From Lacunisphaera sp. (lineage in GTDB: Bacteria; Verrucomicrobiota; Verrucomicrobiia; Opitutales; Opitutaceae), in contig JBKJRX010000010.1 of the NCBI GenBank assembly GCA_046593155.1, positions 1-60,759 on the forward strand: a stretch of DNA of 60,759 nt. Reading direction: 5' to 3'. Shown here piece by piece: positions 35,951 to 47,423 of this stretch. The position numbers were made by a program, and so were the translations under genes. The notes under the pieces were generated by a model. It did not search any database, had not been told where the DNA came from, and was given only the letters and a program-made list of their open reading frames with translations. Within the stretch, counting starts at the first letter, position 1. Every line of letters starts with the position of its first letter.

Positions 35951-38325
35951 GTCGCCGGGGCCCGCAGCTGCGCGATCAATTGCGTGATTGACTCCGTCAT
36001 CGCCGGATCGCCCTCGTGCAGAGAGATGCGGCGCGCCTCGGCGAGGTGCAACAGCGCCTCCCGCGGGCGCCCGTGCATGGCAAGCTTGCGCGCCAGGCGC
36101 AGTTCCAGCGCGGAATTAACGGGCCCGCTGCGCTCCGCGGCCAGGAGATACCGGATCTCAGCCGCCTCGTCGCCCCGCTGCTCGCTGAGGAGCGCAGCCC
36201 GGAGGTTGTTGGCCTGGTTGCCGGGCTGGTGCTCCGCGGCGGCAAGCGTGGTTTCCGCGACCTCGGCGTCCCGGCCGCTCCCGGTGAGCAGGCCCACGAG
36301 GGCTTCGCAGGCGCGGTCGTCGCCCGGCCGGTCGGCGAGAAGGGCGCGGTAGGTTTGCTCGGCGGCGGCGGTATCTCCGGCCAGGCGTTCAAGCCGGCCG
36401 CGCTGCAGGCGCAGCGTCGCCTCGTGTGGCCGCCGGTCCAGGAGGGCGGCGACGTGGCTCCGCCCCTCGTCGAGCCGCTTGGTGCGGATGAACAGGTCTA
36501 CAAAGGCGGGCGCCATGGTCACCTGATCGCGCAGCGTCGCACGCGCCGCCGTGACGCGAAGCAGTTGCTCGGCTTCGGCAAAGCGGCCGAGGCGCGCGAG
36601 CTTGATGGCCTGATCGGTCGGCAGGGAAAAGCTGTAGGGCTGCAAACGTTCGGCGCGCTGCGCAGCTGCGAGCGCGCCCGCCACATCGCCGAGATCGTCG
36701 GCGAGGTCCGCCTCGAGCTTGGCGAGGTCCGCGTTGTCCGGATCCTGCGCGACAGCAGCGGCCACCGTCGCGCGGGCGCCCCGCAGAAACTGCGGATCGA
36801 CGCTCGCCGCCCGGGCTTCGGCGAGCTCGCGGGCGAAGCTCACCATGTCCTCGGGATAGGTGAGCTGGTTCGTGAAGGGCGGGTGCGCGGTGATGGTGCC
36901 CATGCGCTGCAGCATGTAGTGACGCACCTGCCGGGTGTAGCCAACGGCGGCGGCGCAAGCGTCGGCCCCGAGCCAGGCGGGTGCGCCCGCAGCCGGGCCG
37001 GGCAGCATCTGCTCCGTGCCCTCCGCCATGGCCCGGGCCAGCGCGTAATTGCCGGCCCAGTCGAGATGCACGTGTTCGAAGAGCCATTCGCGCCCGGCGG
37101 GCGGCCTGGGGGAGGGCGCGTCGGTGCCGAGGAGCCGCGCGGTGTCTATGAGTTGCCCGGTAGCGCCCGCCCGCGCGGCCGTGTCGCGGATGATTTCATT
37201 GATGCGCGTGTCAGGCCGGAAGCGCAGTGCGTCCCAGTGGAGCGCCTCGGCCAGCAGCGCGCGGGCCTGCGTGGTGTCACCCGCCGCCAGTTCGAGCCTG
37301 CCCAGCATGAAAAGCACCTCGGCGTATTGCGGGTCGATCCGCCGGGCCTCGGTCAGGGCGGCGCGGGCCTCGGCGGTGTCGTCAAGGCGCCAGGCCAGCC
37401 GGCCGCGATCATAGGCGCGCTGCCAGGCGGCCAGTTCATCCGGCGACAAGCCGGGGCGGTGCCGCGAGAGCAGGGGCGGACAATCCGTCAGGTTCGCCAC
37501 CACCGTGCAGAGCAGGGTCTTCGCCCCGGCGCCGCGCGCGACGCGGACGATGTCGCGCAGGTTGGTCTCGAAATTCCGGTAGACCGCCTGCAGGCGCGGA
37601 TCATCGCCGGTGACCGCCTGGTCCACGAACATGCCCATGCCGCCCCACTCGGCGGGCACCCGGTCCGGCCGGTTCCATCTGCCCAGCAGCGCACCCAGCA
37701 GCTGGCCGGTGCGGGTGGAGCGGACGAAGACACTGAGGCGGATGACCCAGAGCGGCGGCATGGCCGACAGGTAGGCGCACCCCGGTCCATACGGCCCGAC
37801 CACCTCGTTGTTACCAACGTAGACGACATAAAGATCCGGGGAAAAACGGGCGAGATCGCGGGCGATCCGGTAGACGACGTGTGAATTGATCGCCACGATG
37901 CCCGTGTTCAGCACCTCGATGTGCTTATCGGAATAGCGGGCGCGCAATTGGGCGCGCAACTGCGGCGCAAAGCCGAAAGCCGGCGCCGGTATGCCCTGTG
38001 CGGCCGATTCGCCCAGCACGACGATGCGCACCGTCCCGGCTGGCTTGAGGAGCGCCACGCGGAAGTTCAGCGGCCGCAGGTCAAACGTGGCGGGCATGAA
38101 CAGGCTGACAAAATCCGGATTGGTGCGGTAATAACCCGGTTTTTCATCCGGGATCAGGAAACCGACATCCCGCCCCGATCCGGCCAACCGCAGGCCACCC
38201 TCCAAGCCAAGGAGCAGCAGGCAGGGAAGAATCACCGCAGCGATGGCGCGATAAATCCACAGCCTCACCACGGGGCGGCGCGCTGATTCGAAACGAGGGG
38301 GGGATGGGGGGGCGCCGACACTCAC
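35947..38325 (-). CDS. membrane-anchored SGNH/GDSL-like protein with TPR repeats
   Basis: N-terminal TM, VLGESAAQG, GNNE, FEHVH; TPR-like helices. Confidence 0.8.
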   Translation of the reverse strand: MSVGAPPSPPRFESARRPVVRLWIYRAIAAVILPCLLLLGLEGGLRLAGSGRDVGFLIPDEKPGYYRTNPDFVSLFMPATFDLRPLNFRVALLKPAGTVRIVVLGESAAQGIPAPAFGFAPQLRAQLRARYSDKHIEVLNTGIVAINSHVVYRIARDLARFSPDLYVVYVGNNEVVGPYGPGCAYLSAMPPLWVIRLSVFVRSTRTGQLLGALLGRWNRPDRVPAEWGGMGMFVDQAVTGDDPRLQAVYRNFETNLRDIVRVARGAGAKTLLCTVVANLTDCPPLLSRHRPGLSPDELAAWQRAYDRGRLAWRLDDTAEARAALTEARRIDPQYAEVLFMLGRLELAAGDTTQARALLAEALHWDALRFRPDTRINEIIRDTAARAGATGQLIDTARLLGTDAPSPRPPAGREWLFEHVHLDWAGNYALARAMAEGTEQMLPGPAAGAPAWLGADACAAAVGYTRQVRHYMLQRMGTITAHPPFTNQLTYPEDMVSFARELAEARAASVDPQFLRGARATVAAAVAQDPDNADLAKLEADLADDLGDVAGALAAAQRAERLQPYSFSLPTDQAIKLARLGRFAEAEQLLRVTAARATLRDQVTMAPAFVDLFIRTKRLDEGRSHVAALLDRRPHEATLRLQRGRLERLAGDTAAAEQTYRALLADRPGDDRACEALVGLLTGSGRDAEVAETTLAAAEHQPGNQANNLRAALLSEQRGDEAAEIRYLLAAERSGPVNSALELRLARKLAMHGRPREALLHLAEARRISLHEGDPAMTESITQLIAQLRAPAT

Positions 38326-38434
38326 GGTGACGGACCGCAGGATGCGGTCCGCGCCCGCGCCGTGTCAACCGAAGCCCCGGCAGTGGAGCAGCGGTCTAGG
38401 TTTTATCCTCAATAACCCGGTTGCACACGCCGGT

Positions 38435-39916
38435 CTACGGGACCGGCGTGGGTTCCGTCTTCCCCTCAACATGGGCGCGGGCGAGCGCGGACAGCTCGGC
38501 CACCACGGTGGCGTGGCGCGGATCGTTGACGAGGTTGGTCAGCTCATGCGGGTCGTTGACCGGATCGGTCAGGAAGGCACCGGCTCCCGGCCCGAAGTAT
38601 TCCGCATAGCGCCAGCGCTCGGTGCGCACCGCGACCCCCGTGATGCCGCGCCCGCGTTCGTTCCAAACGGTGTAAGCCGGATGATCCCACCTGGCCACAG
38701 GCTGTTCCAGCAGCGGCGCCAGGTTGCGCCCTTCGAGCCCGGCCGGCACCGGGAGCCCGGCAAGATTCACCAGCGTGGGATAGAGGTCGAGCAGTTCGAC
38801 TACGCGCACCGAGGCCTGGCCGTTGCCCTTGGCGCGGGGGTCATGGATCACCAACGGCACCCGCGTGCCCTGTTCCCACAGCGAACCGGCTTTTGACCAT
38901 TTGCCCTTCTCGCCGAGTTGGTAGCCATGGTCGCTCCAGAAGACGACGATGGTGTTGTCCTGCAGGCCCGCCTGCTCCAAGGTCGCGAGCACGCGGCCGA
39001 CATTCCAATCCATGTAGGAGACACAGGCCAGGTAGGCGCGAATCATCTCTCTGGCCTGATCCGGCGTGGCGTCGCGCTTGATGAACAGATCGGCGTTGAT
39101 CGGCCGGATGGAAGCCTTCGGGAAACCCGCGGGCACGGTCGGCCGCACCGCGAAGTCCACCGGCAGCTCAATCTTTGCCAGATCGTAGCGGTCGAAAAAT
39201 TCCTTGGGCGCGATCAGCGGGCTGTGTGGCTTGGCGAGGCCGAAGCCCAGAAAGAACGGGGCGTCACCCTTCTTCCACTGCTTGAGGAATTCGATCGCCT
39301 TGTCAGTGTTGACGGTGTCGCCGAGCCGGCCGAGTTCGGCCGGATCCTCCACGGCCTTCCACCGGTCGGAGCCGGCGGCCTGCCGCACATCACCGGCGAT
39401 GGCCCGCTCAATGCGCTGCGCTTCCTGTTCGTTCGTGATGGGGGTGGCCGCCACCAGGTTCGCCGGCTTGGGACCGGTGAAGCTGTGAGGCACACCACCG
39501 ACAACCCAGGCGGCGGCATCATCGATCGTGTCGCCGTGGAAAATCTTGCCGGTGCGAACCGTCCGGTAGCCTTGTTGTTTGAAATATTTCGGCAGGCTGA
39601 CCAGGTCGGGATACCAACCGTTGAACCAGTCGCGGTTGCCGTAGAGCTCAAGGGTCTTGGGATAACGGCCGGTGAGCAGGGAGGCGCGCGAGGGATTGCA
39701 CAGCGGATACTGGCAGTAGGCGCGGTCAAATTTCACGCTGCGCGCCGCGAATTTGTCGAGGTGCGGTGTGAGCGCCCGCGCACTGCCGTAGGCGCCAACC
39801 TCGGTGCGGAGATCGTCCACGGAAATGAACAGGATGTTCATGGGTGCCTCGGCAGCCCGGGCCGCGAGGGCCCCGGTCAAAAGCACGAGGGAAAGCCAAC
39901 GGGGTAAAGAAGCCAT
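38435..39916 (-). CDS. Cys-type sulfatase (iduronate-2-sulfatase-like)
   Basis: NILFISVDD, CNPSRASLLTG, GKIFH, KPH, SDHG; signal peptide. Confidence 0.92.
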   Translation of the reverse strand: MASLPRWLSLVLLTGALAARAAEAPMNILFISVDDLRTEVGAYGSARALTPHLDKFAARSVKFDRAYCQYPLCNPSRASLLTGRYPKTLELYGNRDWFNGWYPDLVSLPKYFKQQGYRTVRTGKIFHGDTIDDAAAWVVGGVPHSFTGPKPANLVAATPITNEQEAQRIERAIAGDVRQAAGSDRWKAVEDPAELGRLGDTVNTDKAIEFLKQWKKGDAPFFLGFGLAKPHSPLIAPKEFFDRYDLAKIELPVDFAVRPTVPAGFPKASIRPINADLFIKRDATPDQAREMIRAYLACVSYMDWNVGRVLATLEQAGLQDNTIVVFWSDHGYQLGEKGKWSKAGSLWEQGTRVPLVIHDPRAKGNGQASVRVVELLDLYPTLVNLAGLPVPAGLEGRNLAPLLEQPVARWDHPAYTVWNERGRGITGVAVRTERWRYAEYFGPGAGAFLTDPVNDPHELTNLVNDPRHATVVAELSALARAHVEGKTEPTPVP

Positions 39917-39994
39917 GGGGGAAGGATTCTGTAAAGTAGTCCGCCCCGCATTTCCTTCAATCTTGTCTGGTTCGGCCAGTAAGAAGCGGCCAGG

Positions 39995-40764
39995 TTACCG
40001 CCGGCCGCCGGATTTGCGATATTCCTCGCTGTTCCGCAAGGCGTCCCGCACATCGACTTCCGTCCAGTTTTTCTCGAGCAGGTTGGTGCGAAAATGTCTC
40101 AGTCCCTCGGGGTCGACTTCGCGGCCCAACACGTCGAGGTAGGCGCGGCAGACGATCCGCTCCGCGCCCTCACGGCGGAATTCGTCACCGCGCCGGATGT
40201 TGTCGCGCACCATGGCCTCGGTCCACCCTTGGTCAAGGATCAGGCCGCGGTAGTCGCGCCGGCCTTGCGAATCCGGCTCCCGCCCCAGCAGATCGAGATA
40301 AGCCCGCTTGATGATGACATCGGGATCCGATCGGGGCCCTCGCGCCGCCGCTCCTCGACTCGCAATGAGTAAATGCGGTCATTCCAGCTGGCGGCCACGC
40401 TGCCGGGCAGCAACCGACCGGTGAGATCCCGGGCGCTCTCCGTCAGCCTCATCGCCGCGCCGCGAAACCGGGCGTCAGCATGAACGTATACCTCCGCTCC
40501 GCCCTCGACCCGGACGGAGGAGATGCTGTCGTTGAGTTTGGCGCCGTTGGGGAAAGTCTGGCCGGAGAGGTTTTCCACGGCTTCCCCGGGATAAAGCACC
40601 AGGCTATCGCCGCGATATTCCGCGTCCTGGTAGAGAATGATCCGCGGGCCACGTTCCCGGTCCTGATCGCGGCCCCGGTCATCCCGCCGGTCACGGGTCT
40701 GGGCCGGGGCGGAAACAACCACCATTAACGCGCAAAGGACCGGAAGGAGGCGATCAAGGGGCAT
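39995..40764 (-). pseudogene. frameshifted secreted beta/gamma-crystallin-like protein with two RAYLD-LGRE repeats
   Basis: NDSISSVRV / NDRIYSLRV motifs; a one-base shift near 40328 joins two ORFs. Confidence 0.7.
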
Positions 40765-40796
40765 GCAGGTGAGACGACCGGTGCGCCCCCGTATAT

Positions 40797-41690
40797 TCAA
40801 TCTTTCTTCGCGGCAGGCGACGGCTCAGCGCGCTGGGTTAGGGCCGGTTGAAGGCCCTCGAACACCGCCCGGAGGCACTGCCCGAAAAACACGTGCGCAC
40901 TCACGCCCCCTGCGGGCGTTGCGATAACCGGGGCCTTCGAGCCGGTATAGGCAAGAATCACGACCCGGCCGGCAATCTCCAGTTGTCCTATTTTACCGGA
41001 CAGCAAATCGGAAAGTGCCCAAACCGGCAATGGCGTCAGGGCGCGCCTGACTTTTTGCGCGTGCTGTCGGTCCGCGCCAAATTCCCGGGTGCCGAGCATC
41101 AGCTGTTGCCTGCCGCCCAGGTGCGCGCGTGCACCGGACTGGAGTTCCAACGCGCAAACGATAACCGATTTGTAGGTTTTCCCCCGGTAATTTTCCAGCA
41201 GCGGGATATCCTCATCGGCAAAATCGACAAATCCGATGTCCGCGGCGGCGGCCGCGAGCCGCGGGATCGGAATCCAGCCGCGATCTCCACTGATCGCCGT
41301 GGACAAGGGCGGGGAATGAAATGCCACTCGGCCTGGAAGGTCGTCCGGCGTGCCAGTTTCGGGTTCAATCCTGGCCTGCAGAACGACGGGTATCCGCTGC
41401 ATGGCTTGCGCCAGCGCTTCGTCTCCGCCCGCGGTGAATTCTCGGTCGAGGAAGAGCTTGATAACCACGCCCTTGGCGCCGAGTTCGCGGCACTTATCAA
41501 CCGTTCGAGCATACAAGGAACGGTCAAACGGCGGCCCGTTCATCTCTTTCTCCATCTGTTTGTCGATGAAGACAAAGACGAAGGCGTCCTCGAATTTTTC
41601 CGGCGCTGCGGCATCCAGCGAGACGACCGCTATCGCGATGCAGAGCCCGGCCTTCAGAAATCCGGTCGCCAAATATGATCCCGCGGCCAC
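40797..41690 (-). CDS. stand-alone secreted CHASE2-like domain protein
   Basis: VFID...PFDRSLYA...GAKGVVI...GDEALAQA, GRVVIL; no output domain. Confidence 0.6.
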   Translation of the reverse strand: MAAGSYLATGFLKAGLCIAIAVVSLDAAAPEKFEDAFVFVFIDKQMEKEMNGPPFDRSLYARTVDKCRELGAKGVVIKLFLDREFTAGGDEALAQAMQRIPVVLQARIEPETGTPDDLPGRVAFHSPPLSTAISGDRGWIPIPRLAAAAADIGFVDFADEDIPLLENYRGKTYKSVIVCALELQSGARAHLGGRQQLMLGTREFGADRQHAQKVRRALTPLPVWALSDLLSGKIGQLEIAGRVVILAYTGSKAPVIATPAGGVSAHVFFGQCLRAVFEGLQPALTQRAEPSPAAKKD

Positions 41691-43196
<1,506 letters not shown>

Positions 43197-43304
43197 AAGA
43201 AGAGCAGTGTGCTACGCGGCTTTGTCGGCGAAAACCACCCTGTTTTTCGACCGCTGTCATAAAAACCCGGCCGCCCGCGGGATACCCCGGCCGGCGAATC
43301 GCGG

Positions 43305-43607
43305 TCAGGGCTTTGGCTGCGTGCCCTGCTTCGAAGCGTAGGAGCCCGCGCTGGGGAAAAACGGGGCGATCTTCTCGACGATCGGGGTCATGAACTTCGG
43401 TTCGTTCCGGTTGTAGACCCACGAGAAAAACACGACGGTGAAGACGACAAAGACGATCACGGCCGCGATGATCTTGTTCATCTTCATCACCCGGCGGAAA
43501 AGAAAAATGGTCAGGATGAACGCACTGATGGCGATGGCGATCTTCAGCCAGATAGCCGGCGGCAGCGTCTTGACCTTCTCCAGGGCGGTAACGGCGAGCA
43601 ATAACAT
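43305..43607 (-). CDS. small 2-TM hypothetical protein
   Basis: Two hydrophobic segments, plausible codon usage. Confidence 0.7.
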   Translation of the reverse strand: MLLLAVTALEKVKTLPPAIWLKIAIAISAFILTIFLFRRVMKMNKIIAAVIVFVVFTVVFFSWVYNRNEPKFMTPIVEKIAPFFPSAGSYASKQGTQPKP

Positions 43608-43695
43608 GCTATTACGAGTTAGCCGGAAAGCGCGGCGACACGAGTCATTTTTGCTCGGGTTCGGGGGTTTACCTGGCTTTCACGGCTGCCCTTGG

Positions 43696-43762
43696 GCGGG
43701 CCAGCAAGCTTGCTTGCGCTTGTTCGACAGCGGGAAAGGCGCGAGCAAGCTCGCTGGCCCAC
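43696..43762. repeat. GTGG-type REP doublet (GCGAGCTTGCTCGC core)
   Basis: Inverted arms; single copy at 48010-48031. Confidence 0.8.
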
Positions 43763-43767
43763 GGGCG

Positions 43768-44652
43768 CTACTGGTAGCGCCCGGCGATGCCCAGATAATC
43801 GAGCAGCCAGGCCTCCTTCCAGATGCGGAACCGCCCCTCCGGAGTGATCTTGCCGTATTCCTCGCGCTCGGCATGGGGCAGCAGGTAGCCGAGCTCGGTG
43901 TTGATCATTTCCATCTGCTGCTGCTGCTGGTTGATATCGTCGATTGGATTGATCTCCCACACCAGCGCCGGGTCCCCGGCCTGCCGCACGCGTTCCTGGT
44001 GGCGCGCCACCAGTTTCTCCAGGCTGCGCCGGCAAGGGGTGCGCTCCACGTGCCAGCTCTCGGGATAAAACCCGCCAAAGGGAATGTAGAGGTTGTCGGT
44101 CACGTAGCGCCGCCCGCCGGCGGTGCGGGTCGCGAGGCTGAAGCAGACGGTGATGGCGCCGTTTTCCTGGGGCACAAAGAGCACGTGCAGACGCAGCGTG
44201 GCGTCCTGGTTGTGGTAAACCGAGGTGCGCAGCCAGATGCCCCCGCCCAGCTCGGCCTTGAGCGCCTGCGCCGGGGTGAAGCGATTGTCGCGGAGCCAGT
44301 CGCGGACCTTGAGCAGGCGTTGCTGGGTGGGCCATTCGTCGCCGCTGCTGTTCACAATGTAGCGCGGAAAAAGCGGCATGGGACTCAGGCTGATCGCGCT
44401 CACTTTCAGCCAGTTGAAGCCGGACTCGAGCAGGAACCAGAGAAGGAACACCGCCCCGGTCACCGCCCAGAACGGCCGGTCGATCCAGCCGAGCTGCTCG
44501 TTGCTTTGGGCGGCGAAGAGGGCGAAAAGAATCCAGCGCAGCCAGCGGATCGGAATCGCCAGCACCGGCGAAGCGACGCGGAGGTTGATGTAGAACAGCA
44601 ACAGCAGCACCGCGACGGACGGGGCGAGAAACAGGGAGAGGGTTTCCGGCAT
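43768..44652 (-). CDS. hypothetical membrane protein
   Basis: Three N-terminal TM segments plus a soluble domain. Confidence 0.75.
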   Translation of the reverse strand: MPETLSLFLAPSVAVLLLLFYINLRVASPVLAIPIRWLRWILFALFAAQSNEQLGWIDRPFWAVTGAVFLLWFLLESGFNWLKVSAISLSPMPLFPRYIVNSSGDEWPTQQRLLKVRDWLRDNRFTPAQALKAELGGGIWLRTSVYHNQDATLRLHVLFVPQENGAITVCFSLATRTAGGRRYVTDNLYIPFGGFYPESWHVERTPCRRSLEKLVARHQERVRQAGDPALVWEINPIDDINQQQQQMEMINTELGYLLPHAEREEYGKITPEGRFRIWKEAWLLDYLGIAGRYQ

Positions 44653-44758
44653 GGTCAGGGGGTGGCGCGCGTTGCGGTCAACGCACCAAGCCACCGTTGC
44701 CTTCCCTGCCGCGTCTTGGGGCCAAGCCGCTCCACCTGCGCATTCATGTTCGGGGCGG

Positions 44759-45883
44759 TCAGCTCAGCCGCACGGGCATGATGACGCACACGAAGCTCTC
44801 CAGCGTCTTGAACACGCCGGGGCTGACCTCGTCCTTCAATTCGAAGAACACCTCGTCCTTGGTCAGGGCCCGGAGCGGGTCCATCACAAACTGGGGATTG
44901 AACGCCACCTGGAGATCGGGACCACTGTAGGAAATCGCCATCGATTCATGCGACTCACCGAAGTCCGGTGACGAGGCGGTGATCTCGAGCAGGTTGGCGG
45001 AAAGCTTTATTTTGACGGAGTTGGATTTCTCCGAAGTGACCAGGGCGGCGCGGTGCACACATTGCAGGAACAGCTCGCGCTCCAGCTTGATGCGTTGGTG
45101 CGTCTCCTTCGGGATGACCTGCTGGTAGTTCGGGTAGTTGCCCTCGACCACCTTGGAGAAGAGATAGATGCTGTCCGTAAGGCCGCTGGAGTCCTTGCCG
45201 GTGTCGATCTGGAAGGCGGCCCGGCGTTCGTTGAAGGCGATCTTCAGTTTCTCGCCCTTGCCCAGCAGGCGGAGCAACTCGGCCACGGTCTTGGCCGGCA
45301 GGATGATCGCGCCGGTGCTGGCCGAGGGCACGGTCATTTCCTTGCTAACGAGCGCGAGGCGGCGGCCATCAGTGGCCACCAGCGCCAGCTTGCCATCCTT
45401 GAAGTTGAAATAGACGCCGTTGAGGATGTAACGGGTCTCGTCCGTGGATTGCGCGTAGGAAACGTTGCTGAGCATCGTGGCGAGTTCGCCCTGCTCGAGC
45501 GTGTAGGCCTTGTCGTCACCGGAATCCGGCAGCTTGGGAAATTCCTCGGCGCCGATGCCCATGATGCGGAAATTCGACCCGCCTGAGGCGATCTTGACCT
45601 GGTGGGCGGCGCTGGCGTCGAAGGCTACATCCACGTTGGGCAGCTCCCGGACGATGGTGGCCAGACGCTTCACCGGCAGGGTGACGGAGCCGCCCTCCTT
45701 CACCTCGGCCTTGATCTTGCAGCGGATGCCAAGATCGAGATTGGTCGTAGTCAGCGAGATGTGGTCCTTTTCCGCCTCGATCAGCACGTTGCTCAGGATG
45801 GGCATCGCCGCCTTGGAGCCCACGACGTTGAGGACCTGGGCCAGGCCGTTGCTAAAGTGGTCGCGGTTGATCTTGAATTTCAT
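44759..45883 (-). CDS. dnaN: DNA polymerase III beta clamp
   Basis: [47 protein letters not shown]. Confidence 0.97.
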   Translation of the reverse strand: MKFKINRDHFSNGLAQVLNVVGSKAAMPILSNVLIEAEKDHISLTTTNLDLGIRCKIKAEVKEGGSVTLPVKRLATIVRELPNVDVAFDASAAHQVKIASGGSNFRIMGIGAEEFPKLPDSGDDKAYTLEQGELATMLSNVSYAQSTDETRYILNGVYFNFKDGKLALVATDGRRLALVSKEMTVPSASTGAIILPAKTVAELLRLLGKGEKLKIAFNERRAAFQIDTGKDSSGLTDSIYLFSKVVEGNYPNYQQVIPKETHQRIKLERELFLQCVHRAALVTSEKSNSVKIKLSANLLEITASSPDFGESHESMAISYSGPDLQVAFNPQFVMDPLRALTKDEVFFELKDEVSPGVFKTLESFVCVIMPVRLS

Positions 45884-46089
45884 CAGGCGTTTGGCGGGGT
45901 AGGTGCGCTAACTAACAAAGGGTGATTAGAGAGAGATACAATAATGAAAAGTATCCGTATTATTATAGGGCCCGATAATGCCGATAACCCGGGGTTTCCC
46001 GAGTGAAACCAAACCCGGTGGCCGGTGTGAGGCCTGCCTGAATAACCGCGAATAACCCGGGGCTTGTTCACAGGCGAAAGTTATTCGGA
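45884..46089. other. candidate replication origin (oriC)
   Basis: AT-rich tract upstream of dnaN, about 6 DnaA-box-like 9-mers, GGGCCC followed by TAT AAT AAT on the minus strand. Confidence 0.6.
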
Positions 46090-46986
46090 ACTTTCCTGCT
46101 TCATCTTCACAACCTTCCGGCGCAAGGCCCGCATCTGGGCATGCCGGACGCCGCGCTGATAATGGGCGAAGAGGCCGTAGGCGATGTAGCCGAGAAAAAG
46201 GAAGAAGAGGGCGACCTCCTGCAGCCGGACGATCAGGACAATGCCCACGAACACGAAGACAAACGTCCGGATGCGGGTGCGCGTCTCCCAGTTCACCTGT
46301 TTGAAGCTGGGGTAACGGACCGTGCTGACCATGAGGAAGGAAACCAGAATGAGGATCAACGGCAGGGCAAGGGTCAGCTGGCGCAGCTCCCGGGCGTTGG
46401 CGGCCATGTGGAGCAACAGCAAAACCAAGGAGGCCACCGTGCCGGCCGCGGCGGGGATCGGCAGGCCGACGAAATCCTTGCTCGATTCCGCCTCGGCGCG
46501 GTGCAGGAGGGGGTTGGTGATGACGTTGAAGCGCGCCAGGCGCACTGCCCCGCACAGCAGGTAGACAAAGGCGATGAACCAGCCGAGCTCGCGGAACCAC
46601 TGGTAATCCTCCCGCGGCGCCAGAATCAGGAAAAACACCATCAAGGCAGGTGTCATGCCGAAGGAGACCACATCCGCGAGCGAATCAAACTCTGCGCCGA
46701 ACAGGGAGGTGCGCCCGCCCATCCGGGCGAGCCGGCCGTCGAGCGAGTCAAACACCACCGCCAGGAGGATGAGCCACACGGCCTGGGTATAGAGCGCGAT
46801 CCACGACAGGTCCGGATGCAGCAGGGCGTATTCCCCGCCGTCCGTGAGCAGGCGCGCCTGGATGCACCGGATGACCGCCGCGAAACCGCAAAGGAGGTTT
46901 CCTGCGGTCATCAGGTTCGGCAGGAAATAAATCCGGCTGGCCTGGCTGACGTTGTAGGGGTTGTTGCGCTGCTCGAGGTCCGACAT
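46081..46986 (-). CDS. pssA: CDP-diacylglycerol--serine O-phosphatidyltransferase
   Basis: LPNLMT, DSLDGRLAR...FGAEFDSLADVVSFG, RLARFN, FVGLPIP. Confidence 0.9.
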   Translation of the reverse strand: MSDLEQRNNPYNVSQASRIYFLPNLMTAGNLLCGFAAVIRCIQARLLTDGGEYALLHPDLSWIALYTQAVWLILLAVVFDSLDGRLARMGGRTSLFGAEFDSLADVVSFGMTPALMVFFLILAPREDYQWFRELGWFIAFVYLLCGAVRLARFNVITNPLLHRAEAESSKDFVGLPIPAAAGTVASLVLLLLHMAANARELRQLTLALPLILILVSFLMVSTVRYPSFKQVNWETRTRIRTFVFVFVGIVLIVRLQEVALFFLFLGYIAYGLFAHYQRGVRHAQMRALRRKVVKMKQESSE

Positions 46987-46993
46987 GGCGGCG

Positions 46994-47344
46994 TTACTTC
47001 GTCAGGCTTTCGAGGTATTTCCAGAATTTCGAGTCCTGCTCAAACAGCTGCTTTTCGCTCACCGGCAGTTTCATGCGAAAAAGGGCGTCCTCCAGCGAAT
47101 CCTTGTGCAGGATATAATGGGTGTGGAGGGTCTCCCCCTGCACTTCAAAATAGAACCGGAAGTCGCCGGCCCGCAGCCGGTAGAAGTCCTTGCCGCCCCG
47201 GTGAAACTTGCCCAGCGGTTCGCGCGGATGGGCCAGGTCGGTCGGCCGGACCTTGCTGATGGGCTCGATGACGTCCAGCTGCGCCATCTTATCGAGCTTG
47301 TTCAGCTCGCGCATGCTTTGCTCGGAAAAGGTGACCTGATACAT
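46994..47344 (-). CDS. RelE/ParE-fold protein
   Basis: MYQVTFS..ELNKL, YRLRAGDFRFYF. Confidence 0.75.
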   Translation of the reverse strand: MYQVTFSEQSMRELNKLDKMAQLDVIEPISKVRPTDLAHPREPLGKFHRGGKDFYRLRAGDFRFYFEVQGETLHTHYILHKDSLEDALFRMKLPVSEKQLFEQDSKFWKYLESLTK

Positions 47345-47423
47345 GGTGGAAGGGGACAGCGCCGTAACCGTGGAGGGGAGGACGCGTCTTTTGTAGCAAC
47401 GTCACCCCTATATCTCCCCAGTC

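Noticed and set aside
33497-38325. Saxitoxin biosynthesis
   Set aside because: Only sxtI/J/K-like genes; no sxtA, sxtG or other core genes in the window
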